Part shown: piece by piece, positions 1-9,814 of the stretch
Layout of the letters: each line of letters opens with the position of its first letter
Position numbering within the stretch: the stretch's first letter is position 1
DNA from: Acaryochloris thomasi RCC1774
Lineage (GTDB): Bacteria; Cyanobacteriota; Cyanobacteriia; Thermosynechococcales; Thermosynechococcaceae
DNA: 32,000 nucleotides
Reading direction: 5' to 3'
NCBI RefSeq assembly: GCF_003231495.1
Contig: NZ_PQWO01000004.1
Location: 360,001-392,000, forward strand
Translations under genes and position numbers: made by a program
The notes under the pieces: model-generated
The model's input: the letters and a program-made list of their open reading frames with translations, nothing else
Told to the model about the DNA's origin: nothing
The model's database searches: none

Positions 1-979
1 GACGAACGACTAATACGGCTAGAGCCGCAAAGACAGAAAATAAAATCACGAGCTGAATTAAGGCACCCCGCACCTGCCTTTGCTGACCGAGGTAGCGCAG
101 CCCATCCTTGATGTCAGCCCAAACGTGAGCGTCTTCAGCATCAGAATCGTTCGCTGATTCGCCGGTGACCAGTAGGCACAAGAGCAGTCCAGCGACTCCG
201 TAGCTTCCACCCACCACCACCATAGCCCCCAAATCGCGAGTCCCAGCCCAGGTGTCGGTGAAGGTGCTGGCTAAGGCTAGAAGAGGTTCACCCGCTGCGA
301 AGCCCGCAATGACGGCTAGCATCATCGTGAAGGTATAAAGGGCATTGGCACTCAGCAGGTGCTCTCGTGGCACCACCAGCGGGATCGCAGCCTGCTCTGC
401 AGGGGCAAAGAACTGGGTCAGAGCCGAGACTAAAAAGGTGACCAACAGCAGCAGCCAAAATCCGAAAGGAACCCCCATCCACTCCAGACCTGGTTGGAGA
501 GCCGCCAAGGTCGGGAACAGCAAGAGAACTAGCACTCCTCGAACGATATTCGTGAGCACTAGGGTGGGGCGTTTCGGCCATCGATCAACGTAGACTCCAG
601 CAATAGAGCCAAACAAAACGGCTGGGATTGTAAAGGCAATCATGATCGACGAAACCCAGCCGCTGATGGTCTGATCGGCTTCTTGAAATCGACTGCTGAT
701 CAGAGCAATCATCAGCACCAGGTAAAACTTATCGGCCACCTGAGAGAAGACCTGCCCCGCCCACAGCATCAAAAAGTTGCGGTTCTGCAAGACAGGTCCG
801 AAGCCTTGTGCTTCAGTCTCTTCGACCTCTACGGAGTGCGGATTAGACAGCTCGCTAACGGGTTTTTTCTCGGCGTTTGCGGATGCAGGCTTCGATCGAG
901 GCGGCGAGGTCGGTCGCCGACCGCTTGGGTAAGTCTTAGGAGACTTCGGATCAGATTTTGGGTCACGGATAGAGGTCAT
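1..979 (-). CDS. MFS transporter (N-terminal ~326 codons; 3' end lies beyond the window start)
   Basis: My own minus-strand translation from the ATG at 979-977 stays open to position 1. It reads MTSIRDPKSDPKSPK...QNRNFLMLWAGQVFSQVADKFYLVLMIAL...IAGVYVDRWPKRPTLVLTNIVRG...FAPAEQAAIPLVV.... It has several hydrophobic helices and the D-R-W-x-K/R loop 2-3 motif typical of MFS (MFS_3-like) proteins. It is absent from the ORF track because it has no in-window stop. Its ATG overlaps the recO stop (ATGA). Confidence 0.75.
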   Translation of the reverse strand, partial: MTSIRDPKSDPKSPKTYPSGRRPTSPPRSKPASANAEKKPVSELSNPHSVEVEETEAQGFGPVLQNRNFLMLWAGQVFSQVADKFYLVLMIALISSRFQEADQTISGWVSSIMIAFTIPAVLFGSIAGVYVDRWPKRPTLVLTNIVRGVLVLLLFPTLAALQPGLEWMGVPFGFWLLLLVTFLVSALTQFFAPAEQAAIPLVVPREHLLSANALYTFTMMLAVIAGFAAGEPLLALASTFTDTWAGTRDLGAMVVVGGSYGVAGLLLCLLVTGESANDSDAEDAHVWADIKDGLRYLGQQRQVRGALIQLVILFSVFAALAVLVVR

Positions 980-1902
980 GACTTTACAGAACGGGGCACA
1001 GTGGGAGCAAAACAGGTTTCAAGCAGGCTGGCAGAACGGATGGGCTGCTCAAAGTAATACTGAACATAGTGGCGCAGTGCCCGCTCTAGGGACATCCACA
1101 CTGCGATTGATTCCTGGCGACTGAGGGGCGAGAGCGGTGCTTCAGAGGGGGCTGCTGCTTCTCCCCCTTGCTCAATCGATTGCGATAGCAGTTGCAGGAG
1201 CCTTAGCTCTATGGCGTTGAGCTTTGTCTGCTCTCGGTTTCGGGCCTTTCGGATCGGCCCTCGGCGGTCGCTCGCGACAAATTTTGAGACCGGCTTGCTT
1301 TGCCACTGCTCTTGATTCCAGGCAGACAGAGCCACGGCCCCGCCTGAGCTAGGGCTAAAGCCTACGCGCCAGTCTGGGTCAGACAGGTTGGGGATCAGAG
1401 GCTCCTGGGTGATGCAGCATGCGTTGACTTGAGGGGCAATCCCAGCCCAGTCCAAGAGCTGATAGATGCCTTCAATCAAGGAGACAGGAATCTGGTCTGG
1501 GTCTGTTTGTTCGAGTTCAGCGAGCCGGTCACAGAGAAAGTCGAAAAGCTCGGGCTGGGGCTGTCCGCTCAGGGCTTGATGAAGAACAAGTTCTGCCCAG
1601 TACTGAGCCACCGTTAACTTGGCGAGGTCGCGGCTGAGACCGGGGTAAGAAACCAATGTTTCTGCCTGCGAAAGGCGATCCAGGGAGCGCCCCTCAGACA
1701 TCACTAAGTTATTGACGACGAATAAGGAACTGCGGCCCCCTAGTTTTGATTTGGGTTTGCGGGCTCCCCCGGCAACAGCGCGGACTAAGCCTCGTTCCCG
1801 TGTCAAAATCGTGAGCAGCCGGTCGGCTTCGCCCAGCGCCATGCTTTTGAGGTTGATTCCTGTCGCTTTATAAACTCGGCTCATGCTAGGCTGCTCATTC
1901 AA
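976..1902 (-). CDS. recO: DNA recombination/repair mediator RecO
   Basis: 308 aa. The N-terminal OB-fold region (YKATGINLKSMALGEADRLLTILTRERGLVRAVAGGARKPKSKLGGR...) matches the characteristic RecO pattern, and the length is in the cyanobacterial RecO range. Confidence 0.85.
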   Translation of the reverse strand: MNEQPSMSRVYKATGINLKSMALGEADRLLTILTRERGLVRAVAGGARKPKSKLGGRSSLFVVNNLVMSEGRSLDRLSQAETLVSYPGLSRDLAKLTVAQYWAELVLHQALSGQPQPELFDFLCDRLAELEQTDPDQIPVSLIEGIYQLLDWAGIAPQVNACCITQEPLIPNLSDPDWRVGFSPSSGGAVALSAWNQEQWQSKPVSKFVASDRRGPIRKARNREQTKLNAIELRLLQLLSQSIEQGGEAAAPSEAPLSPLSRQESIAVWMSLERALRHYVQYYFEQPIRSASLLETCFAPTVPRSVKS

Positions 1903-1955
1903 TCGTGACTCGCGCAGGAAAAGTAGTCGTTGTGGCTATAGGGCACGTAGCTTCG

Positions 1956-2624
1956 CTACGCTAGAGATTCAGCCTGTTGCTGAATTAGATCGAGACCTCT
2001 AGATGTGCCTAAACGGGTTGCCCCGGCTTGAATGAGAGCGATGGCTTGCTCAAAGGTGCGGATGCCGCCGGAGGCTTTGATACCGATGCGATCGCAACCC
2101 ACCTCTTTTAATAACTTTACATCAGCAACCGTCGCCCCGCCGTTCCAGCCGGTACTGGTTTTCAGGAAACTAGCTCCCGCATCTGCACAGGCTTCGGCTG
2201 CTAGCCGCTTTTCGGACTCAGTTAATACTGTCATTTCTAAAATAGCCTTTACGGTTTGCCCCGTGGCAGCACAAATTTCAGCGATTTCTCGGTGAACGGC
2301 GTCAATATTGCCCGCCTTCAGCCAGCCGAGGTTGATCACCACATCTAACTCCGTTGCGCCATGATCGACGGCTTCTTGGGCCTCATAAAGTTTTACGGCC
2401 GAGGTGGTTGCCCCGCTGGGGAACCCAATCACAGTAGAGACCTGCGACGACTTGCGATGGAGCAAATCCACTGCCTGCTTCACGTGGACGGGATAAACGC
2501 ACACCGTCGGGAAGGCAAATCGCTCTGCCTGCTCACAGAATTGGACAATTTTCTCTGGAATTGCCAACGGGTCCAGCAGCGTATGGTCTATGTAGGGAGC
2601 CAGATCAATGGGGTCGGTCTTCAT
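1956..2624 (-). CDS. deoC: deoxyribose-phosphate aldolase
   Basis: 222 aa. The motifs IDHTLL...TVCVYP...VIGFPSG...VKAILE...FLKTSTG...IKASGGIR are typical of class I DERA TIM barrels, including the Schiff-base Lys in FLKTSTG. Confidence 0.9.
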   Translation of the reverse strand: MKTDPIDLAPYIDHTLLDPLAIPEKIVQFCEQAERFAFPTVCVYPVHVKQAVDLLHRKSSQVSTVIGFPSGATTSAVKLYEAQEAVDHGATELDVVINLGWLKAGNIDAVHREIAEICAATGQTVKAILEMTVLTESEKRLAAEACADAGASFLKTSTGWNGGATVADVKLLKEVGCDRIGIKASGGIRTFEQAIALIQAGATRLGTSRGLDLIQQQAESLA

Positions 2625-2662
2625 GGATGCCGTACAGCTCTTATTGCAGGAACAGTCTGATC

Positions 2663-3982
2663 TTAGAGTGAATGGGGTAGCAAAATCCGTAACCAGGCTC
2701 CGCCAGTTTTAGGATGATTTTGGGCCTCGACGCGCCCTCCATGAGCGGCGACAATTTGCGCCACAATCGCTAGACCTAAACCGCTGCCGCTGCCCGTTGC
2801 CGGAAGGGTCTGGAGGCTAGAGCCGTTAGAGCCGCTGGTTCGCACCCGTGAGGTGTCGGCCCGAAAAAAACGCTTGAAAATATGTGCGATCGCAACTGGC
2901 GGGAACCCGTCACCCGCATCAATGATGTCAATGACAACCCAATCAGCCTCCTCCGTCTGCCCCGGCTCGGTCTGCGGCTTCGCCTCTGTGCCGATCTCGA
3001 TCATGATCGCCTGATCATAGTGACTATGCTTAATCCCGTTGTCGATGATGTTCACCAACACCCGATAGAGACGCGCTTCATCCGCCTGCAGGCTTAAATG
3101 ATCAGGCCCCTGGTAGTAGAGCGCCAGGTTTCTCTGCTGCGCCAGCGGCTCTAGATTTAGCCATGCAGAGCGCACCAACGCCGGTAAATCCACCGCAGAT
3201 AAACATAAAACATCTTCATTTCGACCGCTGACGTGACTGAGTTCCAGTACATCCTGGACTAAATTACTGAGCCGCGTGGTCTCATTCAAAAGGCGTTCAG
3301 TCCAGTTATGTAGGCTGGGTTCAATTTGAGACTGTAGCGTCTCCACCATCAGGCGAATGGACGTCAGCGGGGTCTTGAGTTCGTGGGCGACATCTGAAGC
3401 CCAGCGATCGCGCTCCTGCGTCAGCGTCGTTGCCTCTTGGCGATCTTCAACAAACACGCCTACATGCAGATCTGGTAGTGGAATGCCGTAACCTCTCAAC
3501 GGCAGACTTTGTGCCGTCCCCGGTAGGCCATCAATGGGTAGCGTATACACAATCCAGTCTTGGCAGTTAGACTGCTGGGATTGGCGCACATCTCTGATGA
3601 GTTTCTCTAGCTCTAGAGAGCGCACCACCTGCAGCAGCAGTCGTCCCTCTGTGAGGCGGGGAGAAAGATCGATCTTGAGCAACTGGCGGGCCGTCGAGTT
3701 ATACCAGTGGATTTGATCTGCCCCATCAACCTCTAGATAGCCGATGGGTGCTGCCTTTAAAATGTTTCTCCACACCAGAGCCTGCTGCTGCAGGTCTCGC
3801 TGTTCGGTGCGGCTCTGGGTGAGCAAGCGATTAAACTGCCCTAAAGTCACGCTTTTTCTCGCGTTAGTGCCACCCGAGAACAGCCGGAGCATCTCCGCGA
3901 GCCTCCGGTTTAAGCGCCGACTGGACTCAACAAATAGGCCCAGGCCCACCGCCAGCCCACAGAGGAACCATACAAAAGCCAT
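2663..3982 (-). CDS. membrane-anchored PAS sensor histidine kinase (PhoR/SphS-like architecture)
   Basis: 439 aa. It has an N-terminal TM helix ([16 protein letters not shown]), a PAS-like region, the H-box [17 protein letters not shown], an N-box [10 protein letters not shown], and G-boxes DAGDGF and GSGLGLAIV. It starts 29 nt downstream of the response regulator stop. Confidence 0.88.
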   Translation of the reverse strand: MAFVWFLCGLAVGLGLFVESSRRLNRRLAEMLRLFSGGTNARKSVTLGQFNRLLTQSRTEQRDLQQQALVWRNILKAAPIGYLEVDGADQIHWYNSTARQLLKIDLSPRLTEGRLLLQVVRSLELEKLIRDVRQSQQSNCQDWIVYTLPIDGLPGTAQSLPLRGYGIPLPDLHVGVFVEDRQEATTLTQERDRWASDVAHELKTPLTSIRLMVETLQSQIEPSLHNWTERLLNETTRLSNLVQDVLELSHVSGRNEDVLCLSAVDLPALVRSAWLNLEPLAQQRNLALYYQGPDHLSLQADEARLYRVLVNIIDNGIKHSHYDQAIMIEIGTEAKPQTEPGQTEEADWVVIDIIDAGDGFPPVAIAHIFKRFFRADTSRVRTSGSNGSSLQTLPATGSGSGLGLAIVAQIVAAHGGRVEAQNHPKTGGAWLRILLPHSL

Positions 3983-4011
3983 GATCAGCGGCCTGTCGAG
4001 AAGAGCAATAT

Positions 4012-4773
4012 TTAGCCAAATCGATAGCCAAAGCCACGAACCGTGACCAGATAGTCAGGCTTACTGGGATCTTCTTCAATTTTTTCTCGCAGCCAGCGGA
4101 TATGCACGTCCACTGTCTTGCTATCGCCAATGAAATCAGGCCCCCAGATCTTCTCTAGAATTTGCTCTCGTGGCCAAACCCGCCGAGGATAGCTCATGAA
4201 CAGCTCTAAAATTCGGAACTCTTTAGGGGATAGATTGACCTCTTGATTGCGGACGGTCACCCGACATTCTTCGGTGTAGAGGCAAATCTCGCGCACCTGC
4301 AGCATTGCGCCCTGCCCCTGGGTATTGAAGCGATTACGGCGCAGCAAGGCACGACAGCGAGCAATGAGCTCCCGCATGCCAAAGGGTTTCGTAAGGTAGT
4401 CATCCGCGCCCACTTCAAGGCCCACCACCCGGTCGGCCTCTGTGCCTTTGGCGCTGAGCATGAGCACGGGAATTGCGGAACCTTCCCGTCTCAGAAACCG
4501 ACAGAGATCGAGACCATTAATACCCGGCAGCATGATGTCGAGAATAATCAAGTCAAGACCTGGCGTTTCCGAGATGTGACCACGTCGCTGCATAGACTGC
4601 AAAAACTCTAGGGCCGAGCGGCCATCTGCTGCGGTGGAAACCCGATAGCCTTCGCTTCTGAGGGCTAGGGCAATTGTTTCACGAATATTTTCTTCATCTT
4701 CAACTAGCAAAATCTGATCAACGGTGGCCGATATTGAGCCCAGCTGTTGTAAGGCAGAATCAGTTGAGAGCAT
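4012..4773 (-). CDS. OmpR/PhoB-family response regulator (receiver + winged helix)
   Basis: 253 aa. The receiver has LLVEDEENIRE...LIILDIMLPGINGLDLCR...MLSAKG. The C-terminal winged helix has LSPKEFRILELFMSYPRRVWPREQILEKIWG...TVDVHIRWLREKIE...VTVRGFGYRFG. Confidence 0.9.
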   Translation of the reverse strand: MLSTDSALQQLGSISATVDQILLVEDEENIRETIALALRSEGYRVSTAADGRSALEFLQSMQRRGHISETPGLDLIILDIMLPGINGLDLCRFLRREGSAIPVLMLSAKGTEADRVVGLEVGADDYLTKPFGMRELIARCRALLRRNRFNTQGQGAMLQVREICLYTEECRVTVRNQEVNLSPKEFRILELFMSYPRRVWPREQILEKIWGPDFIGDSKTVDVHIRWLREKIEEDPSKPDYLVTVRGFGYRFG

Positions 4774-4875
4774 ACAGTGCCTTTAATTTCAGTTTTTGAT
4801 GTGCAAAATAGCGTATATTTTTGTATCCAGGCAGATCTTATCACCCTGTCTTCAGAGTCACGAGACCTGCGGCAG

Positions 4876-4905
4876 AGCTTAACGCCAGCATAACCTGTAC
4901 TTAAA
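4876..4905 (-). promoter_or_regulatory. candidate Pho-box-like array (3 x 8 bp direct repeats with 3-bp spacers)
   Basis: The minus strand reads TTTAAGTA-cag-GTTATGCT-ggc-GTTAAGCT, about 100 nt upstream of the regulator ATG. The TTAA/TTAT cores are phased at 11 bp, resembling the cyanobacterial SphR Pho box PyTTAAPyPy(T/A). The matches are imperfect and no well-spaced -10 box was found. Confidence 0.2.
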
Positions 4906-4914
4906 TAGGCTGCC

Positions 4915-6141
4915 TCATAGAACGATGAACGGCAGTTGCAGGCAGCCCTCAATGATCACGCTATTGGTGATGTCTAAACAGAAGACCCCCATCAACGGAA
5001 TGAGGACGAAGGCTTTAGATGAAGCACCATACTGATCTGTAATGGCCTGCATGTTAGCGATGCCAATGGGAGTCGCACCTAATCCCAGCCCTGTGAAGCC
5101 TGCACAGAGCACGGTGGCATCGTAGTCACGACCCACCAGCGGAAAAACAATGAAAGAGGCGAACATCACCATCACCAGACTTTGAGCCGCTAGGATCGCG
5201 ATCAGTGGCCCTGCATTGTCGGCCAATGTTAGCCACTGCGAACTCATGAGGCTCATGACTAAGAAAAGCTGCAGTGTCACGTTGCCTGATAGACGAATGA
5301 CAGATTGATGCACCGTAACTTTGAGGGCGTCCAGGAGGTTGGTTAACGTCGCTCCGGCAATCAAGACCGGCAAAAAGCTCGGGATGATAATCCCCCAACG
5401 CAGCAGTAATGTGTGTAGCCCCAACCCTAGGCTCAGGGCGAGGGCCAGCAGGACGGCAGCCCCCATCACAGAATCTAAGGTTGTCGGAACTGTCTCTTCC
5501 GTCTGGGCGGTGTCATTCAAGAAAAGCTCGGGCAATTCAGCCTGCAGCTGATGACGATGAATTAGGCGTTGGGCGATAGGTCCCCCCAAGAGTCCCCCCA
5601 GTACTAAGCCTAAGGTAGCCGCCGCAGAGCCGAACTCCACTGCATCGGTAAAGCCATGCGCTTCCATTACTGTGCCCCAGGTGATTGCGGTGGCGTGGCC
5701 ACCCGCACAGGCAATGGTCCCTGCCAGCAAGCCGTAGATCAGCGGCTGCTGAAGTAAGGAGGCTACTAGAACTCCTGTGATGTTCTGGAGCACTAGAAAA
5801 ATCACCGTAATGCCAAACAGAATCGCCAGAGTCCGTCCTCCCTGCTGTAGCCGCTTAATCTGAGCCGTAAATCCCAAGGCTCCAAAGAAGATCAGCAGGC
5901 AAGCATCTCTGAGTGCAAGGCCAAACTCGAACTGAATGGGGGTATAAAAACTCAGGCCTGATAGCAACACGCTACAGGTCAATCCGCCAATGACGGATGC
6001 CGGAATATTGAGCTGCCTCAATCCCGGCAGATGTTCAATGACTCTCCCTAAAGCGAGGATAAAAATGCTTGCCAGTAAGAGATTGAGGCCCGCTAGGGAA
6101 ATCGTCACGTTGGTGACTGTCGCTCCAGGAATGCGACACAT
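4915..6141 (-). CDS. gltS: sodium/glutamate symporter, GltS family
   Basis: 408 aa polytopic protein whose helix pattern and motifs line up with E. coli GltS as I remember it (LLLG..., NIPxxVIGG, GLLAG...GGH). The ATG at 6141 overlaps the upstream gene by 37 nt. A GTG at 6108 gives a GTGA 4-nt overlap and an N-terminus closer to GltS, so the true start may be 6108. Confidence 0.85.
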   Translation of the reverse strand: MCRIPGATVTNVTISLAGLNLLLASIFILALGRVIEHLPGLRQLNIPASVIGGLTCSVLLSGLSFYTPIQFEFGLALRDACLLIFFGALGFTAQIKRLQQGGRTLAILFGITVIFLVLQNITGVLVASLLQQPLIYGLLAGTIACAGGHATAITWGTVMEAHGFTDAVEFGSAAATLGLVLGGLLGGPIAQRLIHRHQLQAELPELFLNDTAQTEETVPTTLDSVMGAAVLLALALSLGLGLHTLLLRWGIIIPSFLPVLIAGATLTNLLDALKVTVHQSVIRLSGNVTLQLFLVMSLMSSQWLTLADNAGPLIAILAAQSLVMVMFASFIVFPLVGRDYDATVLCAGFTGLGLGATPIGIANMQAITDQYGASSKAFVLIPLMGVFCLDITNSVIIEGCLQLPFIVL

Positions 6142-7451
6142 TCAACATGGGCGGTCTGGGGGAAGAAGTCGGCGGGCTGCACGCGGGTAAGCTGATAGTC
6201 ACCCCCTTGGCATAAGAATTTGAGATCGCGGGCCAGGGTGGCGGGGTTGCAGCTCATGTAGACCAGCCGAGGTGCTTTCAGCTCTAGCAGTTGTTCAACA
6301 ACGGCCTCTGAACAGCCTTTGCGCGGCGGATCGACCAGCACGATGTCAGGAGTGTCATCCTGCACAGACAGCAGCCTTTCAACTTTGCCGGTCTGGAAGG
6401 TAACGTTGGTGATGTTGTTCAGGGCTGCATTTGCGATCGCACTTTTCACCGCCTCTTCCTGCACCTCTAATCCCACGACTTGGGCTGCATGACGGGCAAT
6501 AGGCAAAGACAACGTCCCAATTCCACAGTAGGCATCCAGCACCGTTTCATGGCCCTGCAGATTAAGTTCTGCCAAGATCACCTCTAGCAGCGCTTCCGCT
6601 TGCTCAGTATGAATCTGGAAAAACGTATTGGCCCGAATGTGGAACTGCAGTCCCGCAAACTCTTCCACCAGATAGGGGCGACCCACAATACAGTCGGTGC
6701 GCTTGCCAAAAATGCGATTCGTGCGCTCAGAATTGATGTTGAGACACACGCCCACAATTCCTGGGTGGTCTCGCATCCAAGCGGCAGCCTGGGCACCGAG
6801 CACCGGAATATCGTCGTTGCACACCACCAAGGTGATCAAAATTTCCTCCGTTCGCCGCCCCACCCGCATCGACAGATGGCGAATAATGCCTTCGTGAGTC
6901 TTTTCGTTGTAAACCGGCCATTCCAAATCTTGAATATCTTGCTTGATAGCCGCCAGCAGGGGATCAAGGTGCGGATCTTGAACTGGACACTGGTTGAGGT
7001 TAACCAGTCGGTGACTGCCTTTTCGGTAGTAGCCCGCCTGCACTTTCTTCTCACCGTGACTGCGGCGATTCGTCAGGGGATAGGTGACTTTGTTGCGATA
7101 GCCCAGCGGTGAAGGCGCTGCCAAAATCTCATCCACAGGCGGATCCTGAAACTTACCAATCCGCCCGAGGGCCTGAACCACTTGGTCCTGTTTGGCGCTG
7201 ATCTGATAGGTATAGTCCACTGGCTGCCACTGACAGCCGCCGCATTTATCGGCCACTATACAATGAGGCCGAATTCTATACGTCGATGGTTCTAAAAGCT
7301 CTTGAAGCTGGGCGTTGGCGTACTTGGGCTTGACGCGAACCAGGCGGGCAGAGATGCGATCGCCCGGTACCGTATCGGGGACAAACACCACCCGCTGATC
7401 CTCTCCCCAACGACCCACGCCATCACCCGTGGGGCTGAGATTTGCAATCAC
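6105..7451 (-). CDS. rlmD: TRAM-domain 23S rRNA (uracil-C5)-methyltransferase, RlmD/RumA family
   Basis: 448 aa. It has an N-terminal TRAM-like region, a Fe-S cysteine cluster (C-x-ADKCGGCQWQ), the SAM motif LDAYCGIGTLSLP, and the catalytic region VDPPRKG...YMSCNPATLARD. Confidence 0.8.
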   Translation of the reverse strand: MIANLSPTGDGVGRWGEDQRVVFVPDTVPGDRISARLVRVKPKYANAQLQELLEPSTYRIRPHCIVADKCGGCQWQPVDYTYQISAKQDQVVQALGRIGKFQDPPVDEILAAPSPLGYRNKVTYPLTNRRSHGEKKVQAGYYRKGSHRLVNLNQCPVQDPHLDPLLAAIKQDIQDLEWPVYNEKTHEGIIRHLSMRVGRRTEEILITLVVCNDDIPVLGAQAAAWMRDHPGIVGVCLNINSERTNRIFGKRTDCIVGRPYLVEEFAGLQFHIRANTFFQIHTEQAEALLEVILAELNLQGHETVLDAYCGIGTLSLPIARHAAQVVGLEVQEEAVKSAIANAALNNITNVTFQTGKVERLLSVQDDTPDIVLVDPPRKGCSEAVVEQLLELKAPRLVYMSCNPATLARDLKFLCQGGDYQLTRVQPADFFPQTAHVECVAFLERQSPT

Positions 7452-7721
7452 AAGCTCGATAAGCGCTCCCTGATGCCAAGAGGCAGCAGGCTCAGAGGTA
7501 GGGGGAGATAGATCAGTGGGAGAGATTGGACTGCTTCCTTAAATGATTAGTGAGTGGTAGGCTTTCGCATTCTATCGCTATTGATGTTGATAAACTGCGG
7601 TGAATAAACGGAATAGACTGGCTGCGTAATTGAGTAAAGATTGCTACAGAACTTTGCAAAAACACGCCAGTCTCAAAATCCCTGACTAAGATTGGGGTAT
7701 TGCTCAACGCATTCAAATTAA

Positions 7722-8342
7722 ATGTTTGCAACAATTTATTGGTTTTGTTTTTTGATCGGGGGTGTGTTTGTTGCCCTAGCTGTTATTGGGGGCGTCGATG
7801 GGGTTGAATTCGAATTTGAACCCGATACCGATCTCGACCTAAACGATAAAGGGGATGGTCGCCTCTCTACGTCTGCACCTCCCCGTTTTCGCTCGTCGAA
7901 GCGTGGCTTTACGCTACTTGATGTCGTGACCAGCTTTAAATTTTGGACTTTTGGGCTTTGCTTCTTCGGCCTGACAGGCTTGGTCTTCTCCCACCTACGG
8001 GTGCCTCTCTCACCGTTCATCGTGATGATCATTGCAGCGGCAATGGGGTTGCTAGCAGGAACTGCGATGTCGAGTATCTTACTCAGCCTGCGTCGTCGCC
8101 ATGCCGACAGCTTAATTCGGGCCGAAGATCTAATTGGCTGTTCCGGCACGGTGGAAATCCCCTTTGATGCCACAACGCGAGGTAAGGTAAGGCTCGAAGT
8201 CAAAGGTACCAGCCGAGATTTCGTTGCCATGACCGATCACCCCTCTCTCCTTGCGTTTGGAACATCAGTGATGGTCGTCGGCACTAAAAACAATCAAGTG
8301 TGGGTGGTTGCTGAAGAAACGCTGCAGCAGTCTCCTGCATAA
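7722..8342 (+). CDS. NfeD/YqiJ-like membrane protein (partner of SPFH/flotillin proteins)
   Basis: 206 aa. It has an N-terminal TM helix, then an acidic stretch (VEFEFEPDTDLDLNDKGDG), two more TM helices, and a C-terminal OB-like NfeD domain (GCSGTVEIPFDATTRGKVRLEVKGTSRDFVAMTD...GTSVMVVGTKNNQVWVV). It lies immediately upstream of the flotillin genes, as in yqiJ-yqiK and yuaF-floT. Confidence 0.7.
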   Translation: MFATIYWFCFLIGGVFVALAVIGGVDGVEFEFEPDTDLDLNDKGDGRLSTSAPPRFRSSKRGFTLLDVVTSFKFWTFGLCFFGLTGLVFSHLRVPLSPFIVMIIAAAMGLLAGTAMSSILLSLRRRHADSLIRAEDLIGCSGTVEIPFDATTRGKVRLEVKGTSRDFVAMTDHPSLLAFGTSVMVVGTKNNQVWVVAEETLQQSPA

Positions 8343-8356
8343 AAAAGGTATTGCGG

Positions 8357-9814
8357 ATGATGTCTTTTATGACATTGATCCAACTGTGGCCCGCGCCGCA
8401 GTTCAATGAGTTGTGGTTAAGGGCAGTTGACATTATGAATCAACATTCTTCAGATTCTCGGCCTGCTGAATCCGTAATGGAATCGAGTACGGGGTCTACT
8501 TCTATCGCCTACGAGAGTAGCTCTCAAATGGGAGAGTTCACCGTCCATAAGCAGCAAGCGGCAGCGGTTCCCATCGCTCTCACAATTTTTGCTGTAATCG
8601 TGATAATTTGGTTCCTCAAAAGCTTTCTTCGCATTTGCAACCCCAATGAGATCTTGATCCTCTCGGGACGCAAGCATCGGAATCAAGAAGGTCAGAGCCT
8701 CGGTTATCGGGTCATTTTTGGCGGACGAGTGATTGCGATTCCGATTATTGAAACCGTCAAAACAATGGACGTGACCACGATGCCCGTCCCGGTGGAGGTG
8801 CAAAATGCCTACTCGAAAGGGGGAACGCCGCTGGATATTCAGGCCATTGCTAATGTCAAAATCTCTAGCAATCACAGCGTTGTGGGCAACGCCATTGAGC
8901 GCTTTTTAGATCGCGATCGCGCCGAAATTTCCCGAGTCGCCCGAGAAACTCTGGAAGGCAACCTCCGGGGCGTTGTCGCCCTCTTGACCCCTGAGCAAAT
9001 TAACGAAGATCGCCTCCAGTTTGCTGAGCGGATTGCCCAGGATGTCTCTAGAGATTTATCAAAACTGGGGCTGCAGCTTGACACGCTCAAGATTCAAAGC
9101 GTCTCTGATGAAGTTGACTACCTCAGCTCCATCGGTCGCCGTCGGATTGCTCAGATTGTCCGAGATGCTGAGATTGCGGAGTCTAATGCGATGGGTGAAG
9201 CCGATCGCATCGAAGCCGACTGCCAGCAGCAGGCAGAAGTTGCCAAGACAGACGCCCTTTCCATAATTCAGCAAAAGCAAAACGAACTGCGGAAAATTAA
9301 GGCCGAGCTAGAGCAGGAAGCCAAATCTGCCGAAGAGCGAACCACTGCGGCAGCGAAAGAAGCAAAAGCTAGGGCCGAACAGCAGCTTCAGGCCATGCGT
9401 GCTGATCTAGAACGGCTGCGTTTAGAGGCTGACGAAGTGTTACCTGCTGAAGCTCGACGTCAGGCCCAAGAGCTGACGGCAAAAGGCTCAGCGGCTGAGC
9501 TGGCAGAGAATGCTAAGGCGGCGGCTGAAGTGAATGACCTGTTCTCTCAGGTATGGCAAGAGACAGGGACAGATGCCTCAGAGGTGTTCTTGATTCAGCA
9601 GATTGAGATGGTGCTTAAGCAGGCGGCTGAGATTCCGCAGCGGGTGCATCTTAAACGCGTAAATGTGATTGATAACGGCGACGGTAAATCTATCGCTAGC
9701 CTTGCCAACGCCTACCCCGAAATTGTGCGGCAGTTCTTAGAACGCGTTGACCAGACCTTAGGAATTGACGTCACTGGCACCCTCAATCGTAGTCGTACAG
9801 GAGATTCTGAATAA
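8357..9814 (+). CDS. flotillin-like SPFH/Band-7 protein, paralog 1
   Basis: It has a TM helix (VPIALTIFAVIVIIWFL), an SPFH domain (NPNEILILSGRK...AYSKGGTPLDIQAIANVKI...ETLEGNLRGVVALLTPEQINEDR...), and a long Ala/Glu-rich coiled-coil flotillin region. The track starts at the TTG at 8351. I prefer the ATG at 8357, which has AAGG 8 nt upstream. Later Met codons (e.g. 8435) are also possible. Confidence 0.85.
   Translation: MMSFMTLIQLWPAPQFNELWLRAVDIMNQHSSDSRPAESVMESSTGSTSIAYESSSQMGEFTVHKQQAAAVPIALTIFAVIVIIWFLKSFLRICNPNEILILSGRKHRNQEGQSLGYRVIFGGRVIAIPIIETVKTMDVTTMPVPVEVQNAYSKGGTPLDIQAIANVKISSNHSVVGNAIERFLDRDRAEISRVARETLEGNLRGVVALLTPEQINEDRLQFAERIAQDVSRDLSKLGLQLDTLKIQSVSDEVDYLSSIGRRRIAQIVRDAEIAESNAMGEADRIEADCQQQAEVAKTDALSIIQQKQNELRKIKAELEQEAKSAEERTTAAAKEAKARAEQQLQAMRADLERLRLEADEVLPAEARRQAQELTAKGSAAELAENAKAAAEVNDLFSQVWQETGTDASEVFLIQQIEMVLKQAAEIPQRVHLKRVNVIDNGDGKSIASLANAYPEIVRQFLERVDQTLGIDVTGTLNRSRTGDSE

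Noticed and set aside
288-1057. Track ORFs 288..581(-), 345..593(+) and 683..1057(+)
   Set aside because: All lie inside or antisense to the long minus-strand MFS reading frame (979 to 1). Their sequences are Arg/Ser/Pro-rich and non-protein-like, so they are shadow ORFs.
4704-4952. 82-aa minus-strand ORF bridging the gltS stop and the regulator start
   Set aside because: It overlaps both neighbouring genes out of frame. The region is better explained as the promoter/leader of the two-component operon.
7513-7734. 73-aa minus-strand ORF in the rlmD/nfeD divergent intergenic region
   Set aside because: It has no ribosome-binding site, its composition is non-protein-like, and it overlaps the nfeD start. 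The region is more plausibly a 270-nt divergent promoter.
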